Assembly: GCA_963814845.1 (NCBI GenBank)
Contig: CAWFEP010000002.1
Span: 302,015-366,014 of the forward strand
Length of the DNA: 64,000 bases
Reading direction: 5' to 3'
Source of the DNA: an uncultured Actinomycetota bacterium
GTDB taxonomy: Bacteria; Actinomycetota; Actinomycetes; JAFAQI01
This document shows, piece by piece, positions 9,452 through 20,942 of the stretch. Position 1 is the stretch's first letter. Every line of letters begins with the position of its first letter. Both the position numbers and the translations under genes were made by a program. The notes below the pieces were generated by a model that saw nothing but the letters and a program-made list of their open reading frames with translations, searched no databases and had not been told where the DNA came from.

Positions 9452-10597
9452 ATGCGTCGTCGCGAAGATGACTTGACCGCCTGGCAGGACGACCCGGTCG
9501 TTCGCGCGCTGACCGGGCCTGGCACGGCCGACGAGCTGGCGGGTGAGGAGTACGCCCTCGCCGCGTTCCGCGCCGCCGCGCCACGTCGGTCGCGCCGGCG
9601 CTATATCGGTCGCCTCGGTGTGGGTGGTTCCGCGTTGGCGATCGCAGTTGCCTTCTCCGGTGGAGCGGCGGCTGCGGCTTATACGTCGTCGCTGCCCGCG
9701 CCGCTTCAACGCGCGGCGAATGATGTCGGCGGCTTCCTCGGAGTGCCGGCAGTGAAGACGACCCACCATCACAAGTTGGTGGCGGGCGGGTCCCACTCGA
9801 GCGCGCCGTCGCCGCCCGCGGCTGGTGGGGCGTCGACCCCACCGGTGGTGACGACGCCCACCCCGGCGCGTTCCGTGTCGCCGTCCTCGCATCACTCGGT
9901 TGGCCCGAAGGCGAAGACGCACCCGAAGGTCGCGCCGTCCGCCGGCGGGTCGTCGTCGGCCACCTCACCCACTCCCACCCCAACGTCGACACCAACCCCG
10001 ACGCCGACTCCGACCTCTACGCCGACCGTGCCGCCGATCGTGTCGGGCTCAATCACGATCACGGTGCAGAGTGCGAAAGTGCCGATCAACAGCACCGTGT
10101 CGGTGGTGGGCCAACTTGCCACTCCGACTGGTGCGCCGGTGTCCAATCGCAGGGTCTGGCTGATCGAGCGACTTATCGGTCAGGGCACGGCGAGCGAGGT
10201 GGCGTCTGGCTTGACCAGCGCGGATGGCTCGGTCGAGCTGACGACACCGCCACTGACACAGTCGGTCCGCCTCCGGCTCGTCGTCGGTGCTGGCGTGCAC
10301 AGCTCCGATGTCACGGTTGTGGTGGTGCCGACCATCTCCGCCGCGACCACGCTGGCGGGTTCGACGTACACGGTCAGTGTCGCGACCGAGGGCGCCGATC
10401 AAGGTGACACGGTGACGCTGCAGCGTCGTACCGCGAGCGGTTGGGCTGCGGTCGCGACGACCCAGCTGAATTCAGCGGCTGGGGCGTACTTCAGCGTTCC
10501 AGTGCCGGCAAAACGCACGGCGCGCTATCGGATCGTGCTGCCGCGAACGCCATCCCACGGGTCTGCGGTCACGCGGTTTGCGGTGGCGCCGGTCTAA
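9452..10597 (+). CDS. Putative membrane-anchored anti-sigma factor with Pro/Thr-rich linker and two Ig-like repeats
   Basis: Begins 2 nt after the sigma stop. It has a short cytoplasmic N-terminus, one TM segment (LGVGGSALAIAVAFSGGAAAAA), a PT-rich spacer (TPTPTSTPTPTPTPTSTP), and two C-terminal modules resembling the repeats of 7779..8777. Confidence 0.55.
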   Translation: MRRREDDLTAWQDDPVVRALTGPGTADELAGEEYALAAFRAAAPRRSRRRYIGRLGVGGSALAIAVAFSGGAAAAAYTSSLPAPLQRAANDVGGFLGVPAVKTTHHHKLVAGGSHSSAPSPPAAGGASTPPVVTTPTPARSVSPSSHHSVGPKAKTHPKVAPSAGGSSSATSPTPTPTSTPTPTPTPTSTPTVPPIVSGSITITVQSAKVPINSTVSVVGQLATPTGAPVSNRRVWLIERLIGQGTASEVASGLTSADGSVELTTPPLTQSVRLRLVVGAGVHSSDVTVVVVPTISAATTLAGSTYTVSVATEGADQGDTVTLQRRTASGWAAVATTQLNSAAGAYFSVPVPAKRTARYRIVLPRTPSHGSAVTRFAVAPV

Positions 10598-10625
10598 GCA
10601 GCTGGCGAGCGTGTAAACAGGTTGT

Positions 10626-11639
10626 GTGACGACTGACGACTGGACTACGCGCGGCGTTTACGAAGTAGTGCCAGGGGTGCATCGCATCCCGCTGCCGCTG
10701 CCCAACGACGGCCTGCGTGCGGTCAACGTTTACGCCTTGACCAGCAGCGACGGATTGGTGCTGATCGACTCGGGCTGGTCGATCCCGGAGGCGAAGGAGA
10801 TCCTGCGTGATGGGCTCCGCGAGTTAGGCGCCGATTTCACTGACATCAGACGGTTTCTCGTCACGCACGTGCACCGCGACCACTACAGCCAAGCCGTGCA
10901 TCTTCGCCGGGAGTTCGGCACTCGCGTCACACTTGGTGCCGACGAGCGGCCGTCGCTGGAGATGACGATGCGGCCTGGCCGCGCGGCCGGCCAGGAGCAG
11001 GTGACGTACCTGCGAGAGCTCGGTGCGGGAGACATCGCCGACACGCTGGAGGCGCACAGCCACGCGGTCGATCACTCCGATTGGGAGCTGCCTGACGACT
11101 GGTTCACGCCGAACGAAGTCCTGATGGCGGGCGAGCGCCCGCTCGACGTGGTCGCGACGCCGGGCCACACGCGTGGGCACGTCGTCTTCTACGACACTCC
11201 GGGTGGCCTGCTGTTCGCTGGTGACCACGTGTTGCCGACGATCACGCCGTCGATCGGATTCGAGCCGGCGCTGGCGTCAGATCCGTTGGGGGCGTTTCTG
11301 GCGTCGCTCGCGATCGTGCGGCGGCGCCCGGACGCGATGCTGCTTCCGGCCCACGGTCCGGTTACGTCGAGCGCGCATCAGCGGGTCGATGAGTTGGTGG
11401 AGTTCCACCGGGTGCGGCTCGACACGATGGCGGCGGCGCTGGGCTGGGGTGCGGACACTGCAGCGGAGGTCGCGGCGAAGGTCACCTGGACTCGTCGCGA
11501 GCGGTCGCTGGCTGATCTCGACACGTTCAACCAGTTCCTCGCAGTCTGTGAGACCGGCGCCCATCTCGACCTGCTGGTCTCCCAGGGTCGCGCGACGATG
11601 ACGATGACCGACGGCGTCCGCCACTACGCGCTGGTCTAG
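10626..11639 (+). CDS. MBL-fold metallo-hydrolase
   Basis: VTHVHRDH (HxHxDH), later TPGHTRGH and PAHG metal ligands. Confidence 0.8.
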   Translation: MTTDDWTTRGVYEVVPGVHRIPLPLPNDGLRAVNVYALTSSDGLVLIDSGWSIPEAKEILRDGLRELGADFTDIRRFLVTHVHRDHYSQAVHLRREFGTRVTLGADERPSLEMTMRPGRAAGQEQVTYLRELGAGDIADTLEAHSHAVDHSDWELPDDWFTPNEVLMAGERPLDVVATPGHTRGHVVFYDTPGGLLFAGDHVLPTITPSIGFEPALASDPLGAFLASLAIVRRRPDAMLLPAHGPVTSSAHQRVDELVEFHRVRLDTMAAALGWGADTAAEVAAKVTWTRRERSLADLDTFNQFLAVCETGAHLDLLVSQGRATMTMTDGVRHYALV

Positions 11640-11677
11640 CCCAACGCCTGGCGACCGACCGGCGGTAGCGTCGATCC

Positions 11678-12199
11678 ATGGGAATTGTGCGACTCAACCA
11701 CGCTGTCCTCTACGTCTCCGACGTCCAACGCAGCGTTGATTTCTACTGCGGCGTGCTGGGCTTTCGGCGGCTGGAGGAGATGACGCCCGCCAACTTCACG
11801 GGTGCGGCGTTCCTGCAGGCGCCCGGCTCGACGAACGACCACGACCTCGGGTTGTTCGAGATTGGCAGCGGCGCCGGGCCATCCCTCGCCGGGCGGTCGA
11901 CCGTTGGGCTCTATCACCTGGCGTGGGAGGTCGACACGCTTGACGAGCTCGAGCGACTCGCGCGCGCACTCGCCGATGCCGGCAGCCTCGTCGGCTCCTC
12001 AGATCACGGCACCACGAAGAGCCTTTACGGCAAGGACCCAGATGGGATCGAGTTCGAGGTGGCGTGGATCATCCCGGCCGAGTTGTTGACCGATGCCGCC
12101 CGCGAGGCGCGTACCTCGATCCGTCCCCTTGATCTGCGTACCGAGAAGGAGAAGTACGGCGCCACCACCCGAGGCGGCGTCGGCATCTCCGTCACGTAG
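11678..12199 (+). CDS. VOC family protein (glyoxalase/dioxygenase fold)
   Basis: RLNHAVLYVSDVQRSVDFYCGVLGF ... HLAWEV ... DPDGIEFEV is the typical paired beta-alpha-beta-beta-beta module pattern. Confidence 0.7.
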   Translation: MGIVRLNHAVLYVSDVQRSVDFYCGVLGFRRLEEMTPANFTGAAFLQAPGSTNDHDLGLFEIGSGAGPSLAGRSTVGLYHLAWEVDTLDELERLARALADAGSLVGSSDHGTTKSLYGKDPDGIEFEVAWIIPAELLTDAAREARTSIRPLDLRTEKEKYGATTRGGVGISVT

Positions 12200-12300
12200 C
12201 CAACCGTTCGTATGTCACATAAGGGCAGCTATAGCGACACCGATGTGACATGAGGGCAGCCCAGGCAACCCTTATGTGACATACGAACGGTTGGCTACGT
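12194..12300. repeat. Composite palindromic intergenic element, copy 1 (perfect 32-bp outer inverted repeat)
   Basis: 12194-12225 ACGTAGCCAACCGTTCGTATGTCACATAAGGG is the exact reverse complement of 12269-12300. An internal third copy of the ATGTGACAT core lies at 12243-12251. The arms contain the stop codons of both convergent genes. Confidence 0.9.
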
Positions 12301-14464
12301 GGGGATGGGGGTGGCGGCGGGGCGGGTGGTTGGCTGGACGCGCAGGACTCGGGCGAACGAGTCCGGCAGCCACCAGTTCCAGCGGCCCATGAGCGCCATC
12401 AGCGCCGGGACGAGAAGCGCGCGCACGATCGTCGCGTCGAGCAGGATGCCGACGCCGAGCCCAGTCGCCAGCACCTTGATGTCGGTCTCCGGTCCAGAGG
12501 CCAGCGACGCGAACGCCAAGAACAGGATCAGTGCGGCGCTGGTGACCAGCCGGCCGGTACGGCCGAGACCCTGGACGACCGCACTTCGCGTGCCGAGCGC
12601 CGGCGCCCCGTCGTACTCCTCCCGGATCCGGCTCAGGATGAACACCTCGTAGTCCATCGAGAGCCCGAACAGGAACGCGAAGATCATCAGCGGGATCCAG
12701 AACGTGATCGCCCCGGTCGCCGGCACGCCGAACAGCGCCGTGCGAGCCGTGACCCTCCTGCCAGAAGAACGTCAGCAGCCCGAACGTCGCGGCCATCGAG
12801 ACCAGGTTGAGGATGACCGCCTTGAGGGCGAGGACGAAGGAGCGGAAGGCCCGCATCAACAGGATCAACGTCGCCAAGGCGATGATCGTGAACATCAGCG
12901 GGAAGTGCCCGTAGACGGCGTGGATGTAGTCCTGCTGCAGAGGCCCGTCGCCGGCAACGCCAATGACGCCCGGGATGTCCGCGACCGCGGCCTGCACGCT
13001 GCGCACCGGCGCGAGCGTCTCGCTGTTGACCGTCACGACGTTGGGGATCGCGATGATGTCGGCGAACCCGTCCCGGGACCCCGCGGGCCCGGTCGGCAAG
13101 GTCGCTGTCACGATGCCCTCGGCCTGTCTGGGTCGCACTGAACGCGGCCGGAGCCGCGTCGGACGTCGCGAGGACCTCCAGCGGGGTGCAGGATGCCCGG
13201 GCTGATCCCCTGACTCGGTCATCTCGACGTACGCCATCATGGGCCGGCCCGGTCTGGGCGAGCGCCGAGACGCTGGTCTGGCCGACCTTGAGTCCGAAGA
13301 CCGGGCTGAGCAGGACGGCAAGGGCGACGATTGCGACACCCGCACCGACCCACCGTTGCTTGACGACCACCCGGGCCCATCTGGTCCAGGGCTTGCTGGC
13401 GTTGGCCTCGTGCCGGATCCGTGGCCAGTCCGCCCGTGGGCCGATGCCGCCGAGCATGGCGGGCAGCAGGGTCAGGACGACCGTCGTTGAGATCGAGCGG
13501 GATCAGCACGCCGCCGATCCCGACGCTGCGCAGGCCCGGCACCGGTAACACGATCAGCGCCAACAGGCCGATCGCGACGGTGAATCCCGGAGACGGCGAC
13601 CGTGCGCCCGGCCGTCTCCGTCGCACGGACGACCGCGTCGTGGTTCGACAGGCCGTGCTCGCGTTCCTCCCGCCATCGGGTCACGAGAAGCAGGCTGTAG
13701 TCGATCGCCAGCCCGAGCCCGACGAGGGCGACGAGGAACTCGACGACGAACGACACTTCGGTGATGTAGGTGAGGCCGAGCACGACGAGGAACGTCGTGA
13801 GGATCGAGACCGCGGCGACATCAGCGGGACGAAAGCCAGCAGCGAGGCGAAGACGAAGGCAGAACGATGAGCGCGCCGATCGCGCCGATCACCGTCTCGG
13901 TGAAGACCCCCGGCCCACTGGTGTCTGCCGCCCGAAGCGAGCTGATCCAGCCCGGTGATGCCCGGTCGCCAGCCAGGCAGTGACGTACTCAGCGCGTGTT
14001 AGGGGCTGGCGTCGGGATCAGAGGAGAACGACGTCGGCGGCGGACTGAAGATCAGCGCGACAGTGGTGCGCGAGTTCGTGCCGATGAACCTCGGCGTCGT
14101 GGGTATTGGCATAGTCGATGACCCGGGATCCCGGCACCGCTTGCTGGACTGTGCGGCGGCAGGTTGAGCGCGGCGGTTTCCGCGCTGCAGAGTGTCCGGC
14201 CGGTGGCGTGAGCACTCCGATGCTCGTGAAGCCGAGCGTGCCGTTGGCGCCGTAGATCTCGGTGAGCTGCTTGGCGGTTTCGTAGCCCGGTTGGCCTGGG
14301 AGGGAGAAGTCGACCGAGAGGCGACTCCACACCTTCGACGCGGCGCGCCGCCGGCGAGGAAGATGACCAGCCAGCCGATCATCACCCAACGCCGGTGCTG
14401 CAGCACGAACTCCGCTACCCGCCCGAAGAACGGACCGGGTCGTCCCGGTCGCTGCGTCGCTCAT
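12295..14464 (-). pseudogene. MMPL family RND-type transporter, fragmented over at least six frame changes
   Basis: Fragments in the correct N->C order lie on different frames: MSDAATGTT...HRRWVMIGWLVIFLAGG (14464 down), GYETAKQLTEIYGANGTLGF, YITEVSFVVEFLVALVGLGLAIDYSLLLVTRWREE, PWTRWARVVVKQRWVGAGVAIVALAVLL, HFPLMFTIIALATLILLMRAFRSFVLALKAVILNLVSMAATFG, FAFLFGLSMDYEVFILSRIREEY...MGRWNWWLP. Confidence 0.8.
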
Positions 14465-14567
14465 ATCGATCCCCTTCGCACGTCGATCCCCGTCGAACCC
14501 CACCTTCCGTTCGAGGAAAAAACCTTTCACAACACAAACGATTATGTAAAGGGTATTGTCATCCCCC

Positions 14568-15087
14568 ATGGCCGACCGACGCCCCCGCGGTCCGCAGGCC
14601 GGCCGCCTGCCGTGATCGGCGTCGGCTTTCTTCTCGCGCAGCTCGGCGCCCATTCGGCGGCGGCCTACGCCAAGCGGATCCAGCCGTTGGGGCTCACTCC
14701 GCCGCACGTCGGCGTGCTGCGGGCGGTCGGCGAGTCACCCGGCCGCAGCCAGCAGGCGATCGCCGCGGAGTTCGGCGTGCCGCCGAGCCGCATGGTCGGT
14801 TTCATCGACGACCTCGAGACCCGCGGGCCTGGTCCAACGTCGTCGAGATGCGCGAGATCGCCGGGTCCATCTGCTCCACCTCAGCGCGGCCGGTGAAGAA
14901 ATGCTGGTCGAGCTTGGGGCGGTCGCTCGCGACGCCGAGCGTGAGTTCTGGCGGCACTGACCGCCGAGGAGCGGAAGGCGCTCGCCGGTTTCTGACCCGG
15001 ATCGCCGACGAGCAGGGCCTAACCCGTGGGGTTCACCCCGGCTACGGCAGGATGAAGACCGACCGCGAGGCCGTGCTCGACCACTGA
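14568..15087 (+). pseudogene. MarR family transcriptional regulator, multiple frameshifts
   Basis: GFLLAQLGAHSAAAYAKRIQPLGLTPPHVGVLRAVGESPGRSQQAIAAEFGVPPSRMVGFIDDLETRG, then LVQRRRDARDRRVHLLHLSAAGEEMLVELG and LTAEERKALAGF / LTRIADEQGL in shifted frames. Two shifts look like C-run length changes (cactgacc at ~14955, ttctgacc at ~14990). Confidence 0.75.
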
Positions 15088-15115
15088 GGCCTGAGCGGCC
15101 AGACCGCACAGCTGG

Positions 15116-15479
15116 CTACACGCCGGTGAGGGCGAGTCCGGCTCCCGCCGCGAGCAAGGCGAGCAGCAGCGAGCCGCCGGCATAGCCCAGGCAGGCGCCC
15201 AGCGGCGTTGCTCAGCCAGGCGTACAGTCTCGACGCTTGCCGCGCTGAAGGTCGTGTAGCCGCCGCAGAAGCCGAGTCCCGCAATGGTTCGCAGATCGGA
15301 CGAGGCGCCGTGGGCGATGACCAAGCCAGTAAGTACGCCAGGAAGAAGCGAGCCACTGATGTTGATCGTCATCGTTCCGACCGGGAACTCACTGGCCAGC
15401 GGGCGCGCAACGCGAGTCGATGACATAGCGGGCGATCGCGCCGACCGCCGCCGGCTAGTGACACCCATATCGTGATCAT
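15116..15479 (-). pseudogene. crcB: CrcB fluoride channel subunit (second of pair), frameshifted
   Basis: MITIWVSLAGGG.., FPVGTMTINISGSLLPGVLTGL, GFCGGYTTFSAASVETV, then LGACLGYAGGSLLLALLAAGAGLALTGV* in a third frame. The ATG overlaps the upstream crcB stop (ATGA). Confidence 0.7.
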
Positions 15480-15955
15480 TCCTCGACCGCCGTCACGTCA
15501 ACCGCGCGGTGGACTCTGGCGGCGAACGCGATGCCGACGCCGGCCACGACGACTCCCGCGACGAATGCTGAGCCGACCGCGTACCCGGCCGCAAGCGCAT
15601 CGCGATGTGCACGGATCAACAGATCAGTTTCGACGGCCAGAGTGCTGTAGGTCGTCAGGCCGCCGCAGAAGCCGGTGCCGACCAGCAGCCGAGCCCGGCG
15701 GCGCAGCCCGGCATCCGGCCCGCCGCGGGCGAGCGCCTCGAGCAGGATGCCGAGGACAGAGTGCCGACCAGGTTGGCGATCAGCGTGCCGCGCGGGAAGC
15801 CAGTGCCGGCCGGCAGCCATCGGCCAATGCGTAGCGTGCGGCGGTGCCGAGGACGCCGCCGACGCCGACCAGAGCGATGACAGCGGCGTGAGCGGGCCCG
15901 GTCGGGATCGCGGGCAGCTCCGGGTGGGAGTCGCGCGGTCCGGTCGGCCCGCCAT
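15476..15955 (-). pseudogene. crcB: CrcB fluoride channel subunit (first of pair), frameshifted
   Basis: AAVIALVGVGGVLGTAARYAL (frame of ORF 15780..16127), then GTGFCGGLTTYSTLAVETDLL (ORF 15476..15955). The ATG at 15955 is preceded by GGGAGGA. Confidence 0.7.
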
Positions 15956-16400
15956 CAGCGTTCGAGTCCTCCCTGTGGCGTTCGCCCGCCGCGGCGACCC
16001 TAGCGCGCACCGAATGCGCGACGCGATCAGCCGCCTGACACGGCTCGGCGTTGCCGCGTTGGGCCCAGCGGACGGTCAGCGGTGTGCCGAACGGGTCGAG
16101 CGATCTCCGCCGCTCGCGCCGATGCATTGATACGTCTTCCTCACGCTGTCCCGGCTCCTAGTAGATGGTGGTTATGCGATCAGCTAGCGGGTCCTTGATC
16201 CGGCGCCTCCGGCGCTCGCATCCGGCTGACCGCGACCCCAGTGCCGCCGCCGCAGGAGCACGAGAAGGAGCGAGTTCGTCTGCTCGGTGTGCCATCGCGA
16301 GATGTCGGTTGACCGAGCGTTCACGCGTCGCGCTCGGGCGCTGCCGCGCGTGCGTCTGAGGTCGTACGTCGAGCGTCCAGCGGCGCTCTAGCCTGACCCC

Positions 16401-16858
16401 ATGGCCGAACTCGCCCGTCGCCGTCGCGAGGCCTACGACCGCCTCGACCGGAAGTCGCAAATCGGGCTGGTCGGCTGGTCGGCCTTCACGACCACCTTCA
16501 CCGGCGTCCGGCTGTTGACGCATGCGATTCGTGCCGGCCGCGGGCCGTTCCGCAATCTGTCGCTCGGCGGCGAGCACCTGCACCATTACATGTGGGGCAT
16601 CCTCATGGTCGGCACGTCTGGCGGGCTCGCGCTCGCCATCCAGCCGACCGAAGACCGTACGACAACTCTCGCGGCGATCTACGGCGCAGGCGCTGCGCTG
16701 ATCGTCGACGAGTTCGCCCTGCTGCTGGACCTGCAGGACGTCTACTGGGCCAAGCAGGGGCGGATCAGCGTCGACATCGGTGTCGGCGCGATCGCCGCCG
16801 ATCGGCAGCTACGTCGTCGCAGATTCCGTTCTGGCGCCACATCGTTGCGGACCGCCAG

Positions 16859-16862
<4 letters not shown>
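16401..16862 (+). CDS. Conserved hypothetical integral membrane protein
   Basis: 153-aa ORF with about three hydrophobic segments ([57 protein letters not shown]). No family assigned. The C-terminus may be affected by a frameshift. Confidence 0.45.
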
Positions 16863-17882
<1,020 letters not shown>

Positions 17883-17899
17883 CCGCTGCCTCCGATGAC

Positions 17900-18974
17900 A
17901 TGTCCGGTGAGACTGTAGTGTCTGCCCGCGTGGAGCCCGCTGCGCTGATCACCGGTGTCGCGGGACAGGACGGTGTATATCTCGCCGCGACTGCTCCAGT
18001 CGCAGGGTTATCGCGTCGACCGGATCGAGTATCCGGGCAGCGCGAGCAGGCCCGGCTTGCTCCATACCTCACGGCGTCGAGGTCGTCGAGGTCGATGTCC
18101 GCGACGGCGAGGCGATGCGGGAGCTGGTCGCGCGGTTCGCCCCGACGAGGTCTACAACCTTGCGGCGATGAGCTCCGTTGGCGGGCCGTGGGCCGACGCT
18201 GAGCGGGTCGGCGAGGTCAACGGCCGACGCGGTCGCGCGCTTGCTGGAAACTCTGGCCGGTATCGCGATGACAGCGGTGCTGCAGCCGCGGTTCTTCCAG
18301 GCGTCCAGTGCCGGAGATCTTCGGCGTCGGCGATTGCAGCAGCCACAGGACGAACGACACGCCTCGCCAGCCGCAGAGTCCCTATGGCATCGGCGAAGAT
18401 GCGCTGCGCAGAACGGGTCGTGTCGACTACCGCGGGACGGATGGGTTGTTCGCGTGCAACGGGATCCTGTTCAACCACGAGAGCCCGTTGCGCGCGATGT
18501 CATTCGTCACCCGAAAGATCACTCGTAGCTGTCGCGGAGATCGCCGAGGGGCGCGCGAGCGAGCTCTCGCTCGGCGAACCTCGACGTGCGCCGCGACTGG
18601 GGCGCGGCCGCTGATCACGTCCGGGCGATGTGGCTGATGCTGCAGCAGCTGATGCGCCTGCCGACTACGTCATCGCGACCGGAACGTGTCATCGTCGTTG
18701 CGGGACGTGGTCGAGATCGCGTTTGGCTGCTGTCGGGATCGACGATCCGTGGCGCTACGTCGGCGATGACCCGGGCATCGTGCGGCCGGCCGATGCGCCG
18801 CAGACCTGGGGTGATCCGTCCCGGGCGCGGCAGGATCTTGGCTGGGAGCCGACGACGTCGCTGGCCGAGCTGATCCAGGCGATGGTGGCAGTCGACGTCG
18901 AGCGGATTGCGAACTGGGGTCGAGGAATCTCCGTCGTACCTCTCGCCGCCTACCTGAGGGATCTTCACACGTAG
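17900..18974 (+). pseudogene. Second Gmd-family NAD-dependent sugar-nucleotide 4,6-dehydratase/reductase paralogue, several frameshifts
   Basis: [102 protein letters not shown] and LGWEPTTSLAELIQAMVAVD are spread over three frames. It is divergent from gmd with a ~17-bp gap. Confidence 0.7.
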
Positions 18975-18992
18975 ACGTCGTAGCGTTGCTGC

Positions 18993-19423
18993 ATGGAAGA
19001 GTCGATTGCCGTCGATGTTGTCGAGCAGCTGCGCGCGCGATCGGTCTTCGCGCACGTCAATCGACGCGTAGGCGTCTACAGCGTCGGGGTGCGCGTCGTG
19101 ATCCCGGACGGGCGCGAGGCGATCTGGGACAACGACGGTGCGCCTCGGGCCTCGAGGCGATGGTGCTCCGCGACGGCATCTTGGTCGGCTTCGTGCCGCA
19201 GATCCCCGACAGCGACGACCTCGACGCCAACGCGATCGTCACGATCATCGCGGGCACCGACTACGACGCGCCGGCCACCGAGTCGCCGCCGGCGCATCCG
19301 ACCGAGCGGACCGCATCGCCGCCACGCTGCCCGCGAGCGTCGCCCCGACCGCGCGGCGCTGGGCGGATCGGATTCGCCGAAAGCCGTGAGTTGTCGGGTC
19401 GAGACGGTCAGTTCTGGGTATGA
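18993..19423 (+). pseudogene. Hypothetical protein (frame change near 19140)
   Basis: MEESIAVDVVEQLRARSVFAHVNRRVGVYSVGVRVVIPDGREAIWDNDG continues plausibly as LEAMVLRDGILVGFVPQIPDSDDLDANAIVTIIAGTDYD in another frame. No family recognised and the end is uncertain. Confidence 0.3.
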
Positions 19424-19459
19424 CTCAGGTCGACGACGAAAAGACCGAGAGGATTCACC

Positions 19460-19894
19460 GTGATTCGACGACTCGCCCGACCGTTGCTCGGCGCCGCGTT
19501 CATCAGCTCAGGTTGGGAGGCGCTGCAGGGCATTGATCGGCGGGCAAGCCGGGTGGAAGCGTACGGTGCCTCGCAGCCGGTGACGGTCTCGCGAACCCTG
19601 GCGGCAACGCAGGTCGGCGGCGGTGTCCTGCTGGCGCTTAACCGAATGCCACGGTTGGCCGCATTCGTTCTCGCGTTGACAGTGGTGCCGGAGGCGGTCA
19701 CTGGGCATGACTTCTGGACCGAGAAAGACGGCGAGGCCAAGCGCGCACAGCGCTCGTTGTTCACCCGCGACCTTGGGCTGCTCGGCGGCCTGCTCATCTC
19801 GGCGGTCGAGACCGGCGGCCGTGAGTCGGTGCCACATCGCGCCAAGCGCAAGTCCCGCCAAGCCGCAGCCGCCGCCGGATCGTATGTGACATAG
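19460..19894 (+). CDS. DoxX family membrane protein
   Basis: LARPLLGAAFISSGWEAL..., LAATQVGGGVLLALNRMPRLAAFVLALTVVPEAVTGHDFW, FTRDLGLLGGLL is the DoxX-like topology and motif pattern. The last codons (SYVT*) lie inside the repeat element. Confidence 0.65.
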   Translation: MIRRLARPLLGAAFISSGWEALQGIDRRASRVEAYGASQPVTVSRTLAATQVGGGVLLALNRMPRLAAFVLALTVVPEAVTGHDFWTEKDGEAKRAQRSLFTRDLGLLGGLLISAVETGGRESVPHRAKRKSRQAAAAAGSYVT

Positions 19895-19962
19895 GGGTCG
19901 CTATAGCGACCCCTATGTCACATGAGTGCAGCCCTAGCAACCCTTATGTGACATACGAACGA
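19883..19962. repeat. Composite palindromic intergenic element, copy 2
   Basis: A perfect 40-nt palindrome at 19884-19923 (ATGTGACATAGGGGTCGCTA|TAGCGACCCCTATGTCACAT) plus a third core copy CCCTTATGTGACATACGAAC at 19941-19960. It aligns over about 75-80 nt with 12211-12290, with only scattered substitutions by eye. Confidence 0.9.
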
Positions 19963-20843
19963 AAGGGTTGGAAGCAGATGTCGGCGTCCCATCGGGTGAA
20001 GCCGAGGCGCTCGTACACCCTGACCGCGGCAGTGTTCGACTCGTCGACGTAGAGCATCACAGTCGCGAGGCCTAGACCCTGGAGATGGATCAAGCCGACC
20101 AGCGTCAGCGCCGAGCCGAGGTGCTTGGCCCTGCATCGACGGGGCGACACCGACGACGTAGACCTCGCCGATCGCGTCCTGCCCTTCCCTGGTGTGCACC
20201 TTCGTCCAGTGGAACCCGACGATCTCGTGGTCGCGCTCGGCGAGGAAGAAGCCCGCCGGATCGAACCACGGCTCGCCCTCGCGGGTCTCGATGTCGCGGA
20301 TTGACCAGCCGGACTGGTCCGGGTGGTCGGCGAACGCCAGGTTATTGACCTCGAGCCAGGCCGGCTTCGTCCTGCCCGACCACGAACGTGCGTACGGTCA
20401 CTCCTGGTGGCCACGCCGGCTCGTCCAATGGCGGCTTTTGCAGCGATCGCCGCAGTTGCAACAGCACTCGGACCTCGCTCAGGCCCGAGATCGCGCAGCA
20501 CACGGGCAGTGGTCGTCTTCTCGCCGTGCGCCCATACCTGAAGTGAGGGTCCGGTTCCCCCGATCAGCTCGTCGACGAGGGCGCGGATGTTGACCGGATC
20601 GACGGCGGCGAGCTCGGCGATGACGCCACCGACGTCGAGGTGGGCGTAGCCGACAAGCTCGTCGCCGAGCCACATCAAAAGGTGACGGACCTCAATATCG
20701 GTGCCGTAGCGGATATGCAGCATGACGGCTTCGGACAGCGGCGGCACGCCCTCGACTGTCGTGACGTCGTCGACCAGGCGAAGAACTGCTTCGACGTGCT
20801 CGGCGGGCAGCTCTGAGCGCTGTTCGATCCGTTGCTCTGACAC
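19944..20843 (-). pseudogene. mshD: Mycothiol synthase (tandem GNAT), frameshifted in the middle
   Basis: The N-terminal GNAT (VEAVLRLVDDVTTVEGVPPLSEAVMLHI...LVGYAHLD) and C-terminal GNAT ([36 protein letters not shown]) flank a scrambled Arg/Ser-rich stretch that reads correctly only in other frames. Confidence 0.7.
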
Positions 20844-20942
20844 AGCGCGACCCTAGCTGCGATGTGGGGTCAGCGAGTGGCGGCGGCCTCGATCGATGCC
20901 GCGCCGGCGATCACCGGGGCGACTGGGCTCGACAGATCGCTG

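Noticed and set aside
15956-16160. Fluoride (crcB-motif) riboswitch expected upstream of the crcB pair
   Set aside because: I scanned the minus strand for the conserved GAUG loop / AAAC / CUGAUGA pseudoknot arrangement. I found only partial look-alikes (GCUGAUGG next to the start codon; CGCC..GGCG-GCUGAUCG further up) without the required P1 loop complementarity. Not supportable by eye; a cmsearch with RF01734 would settle it.
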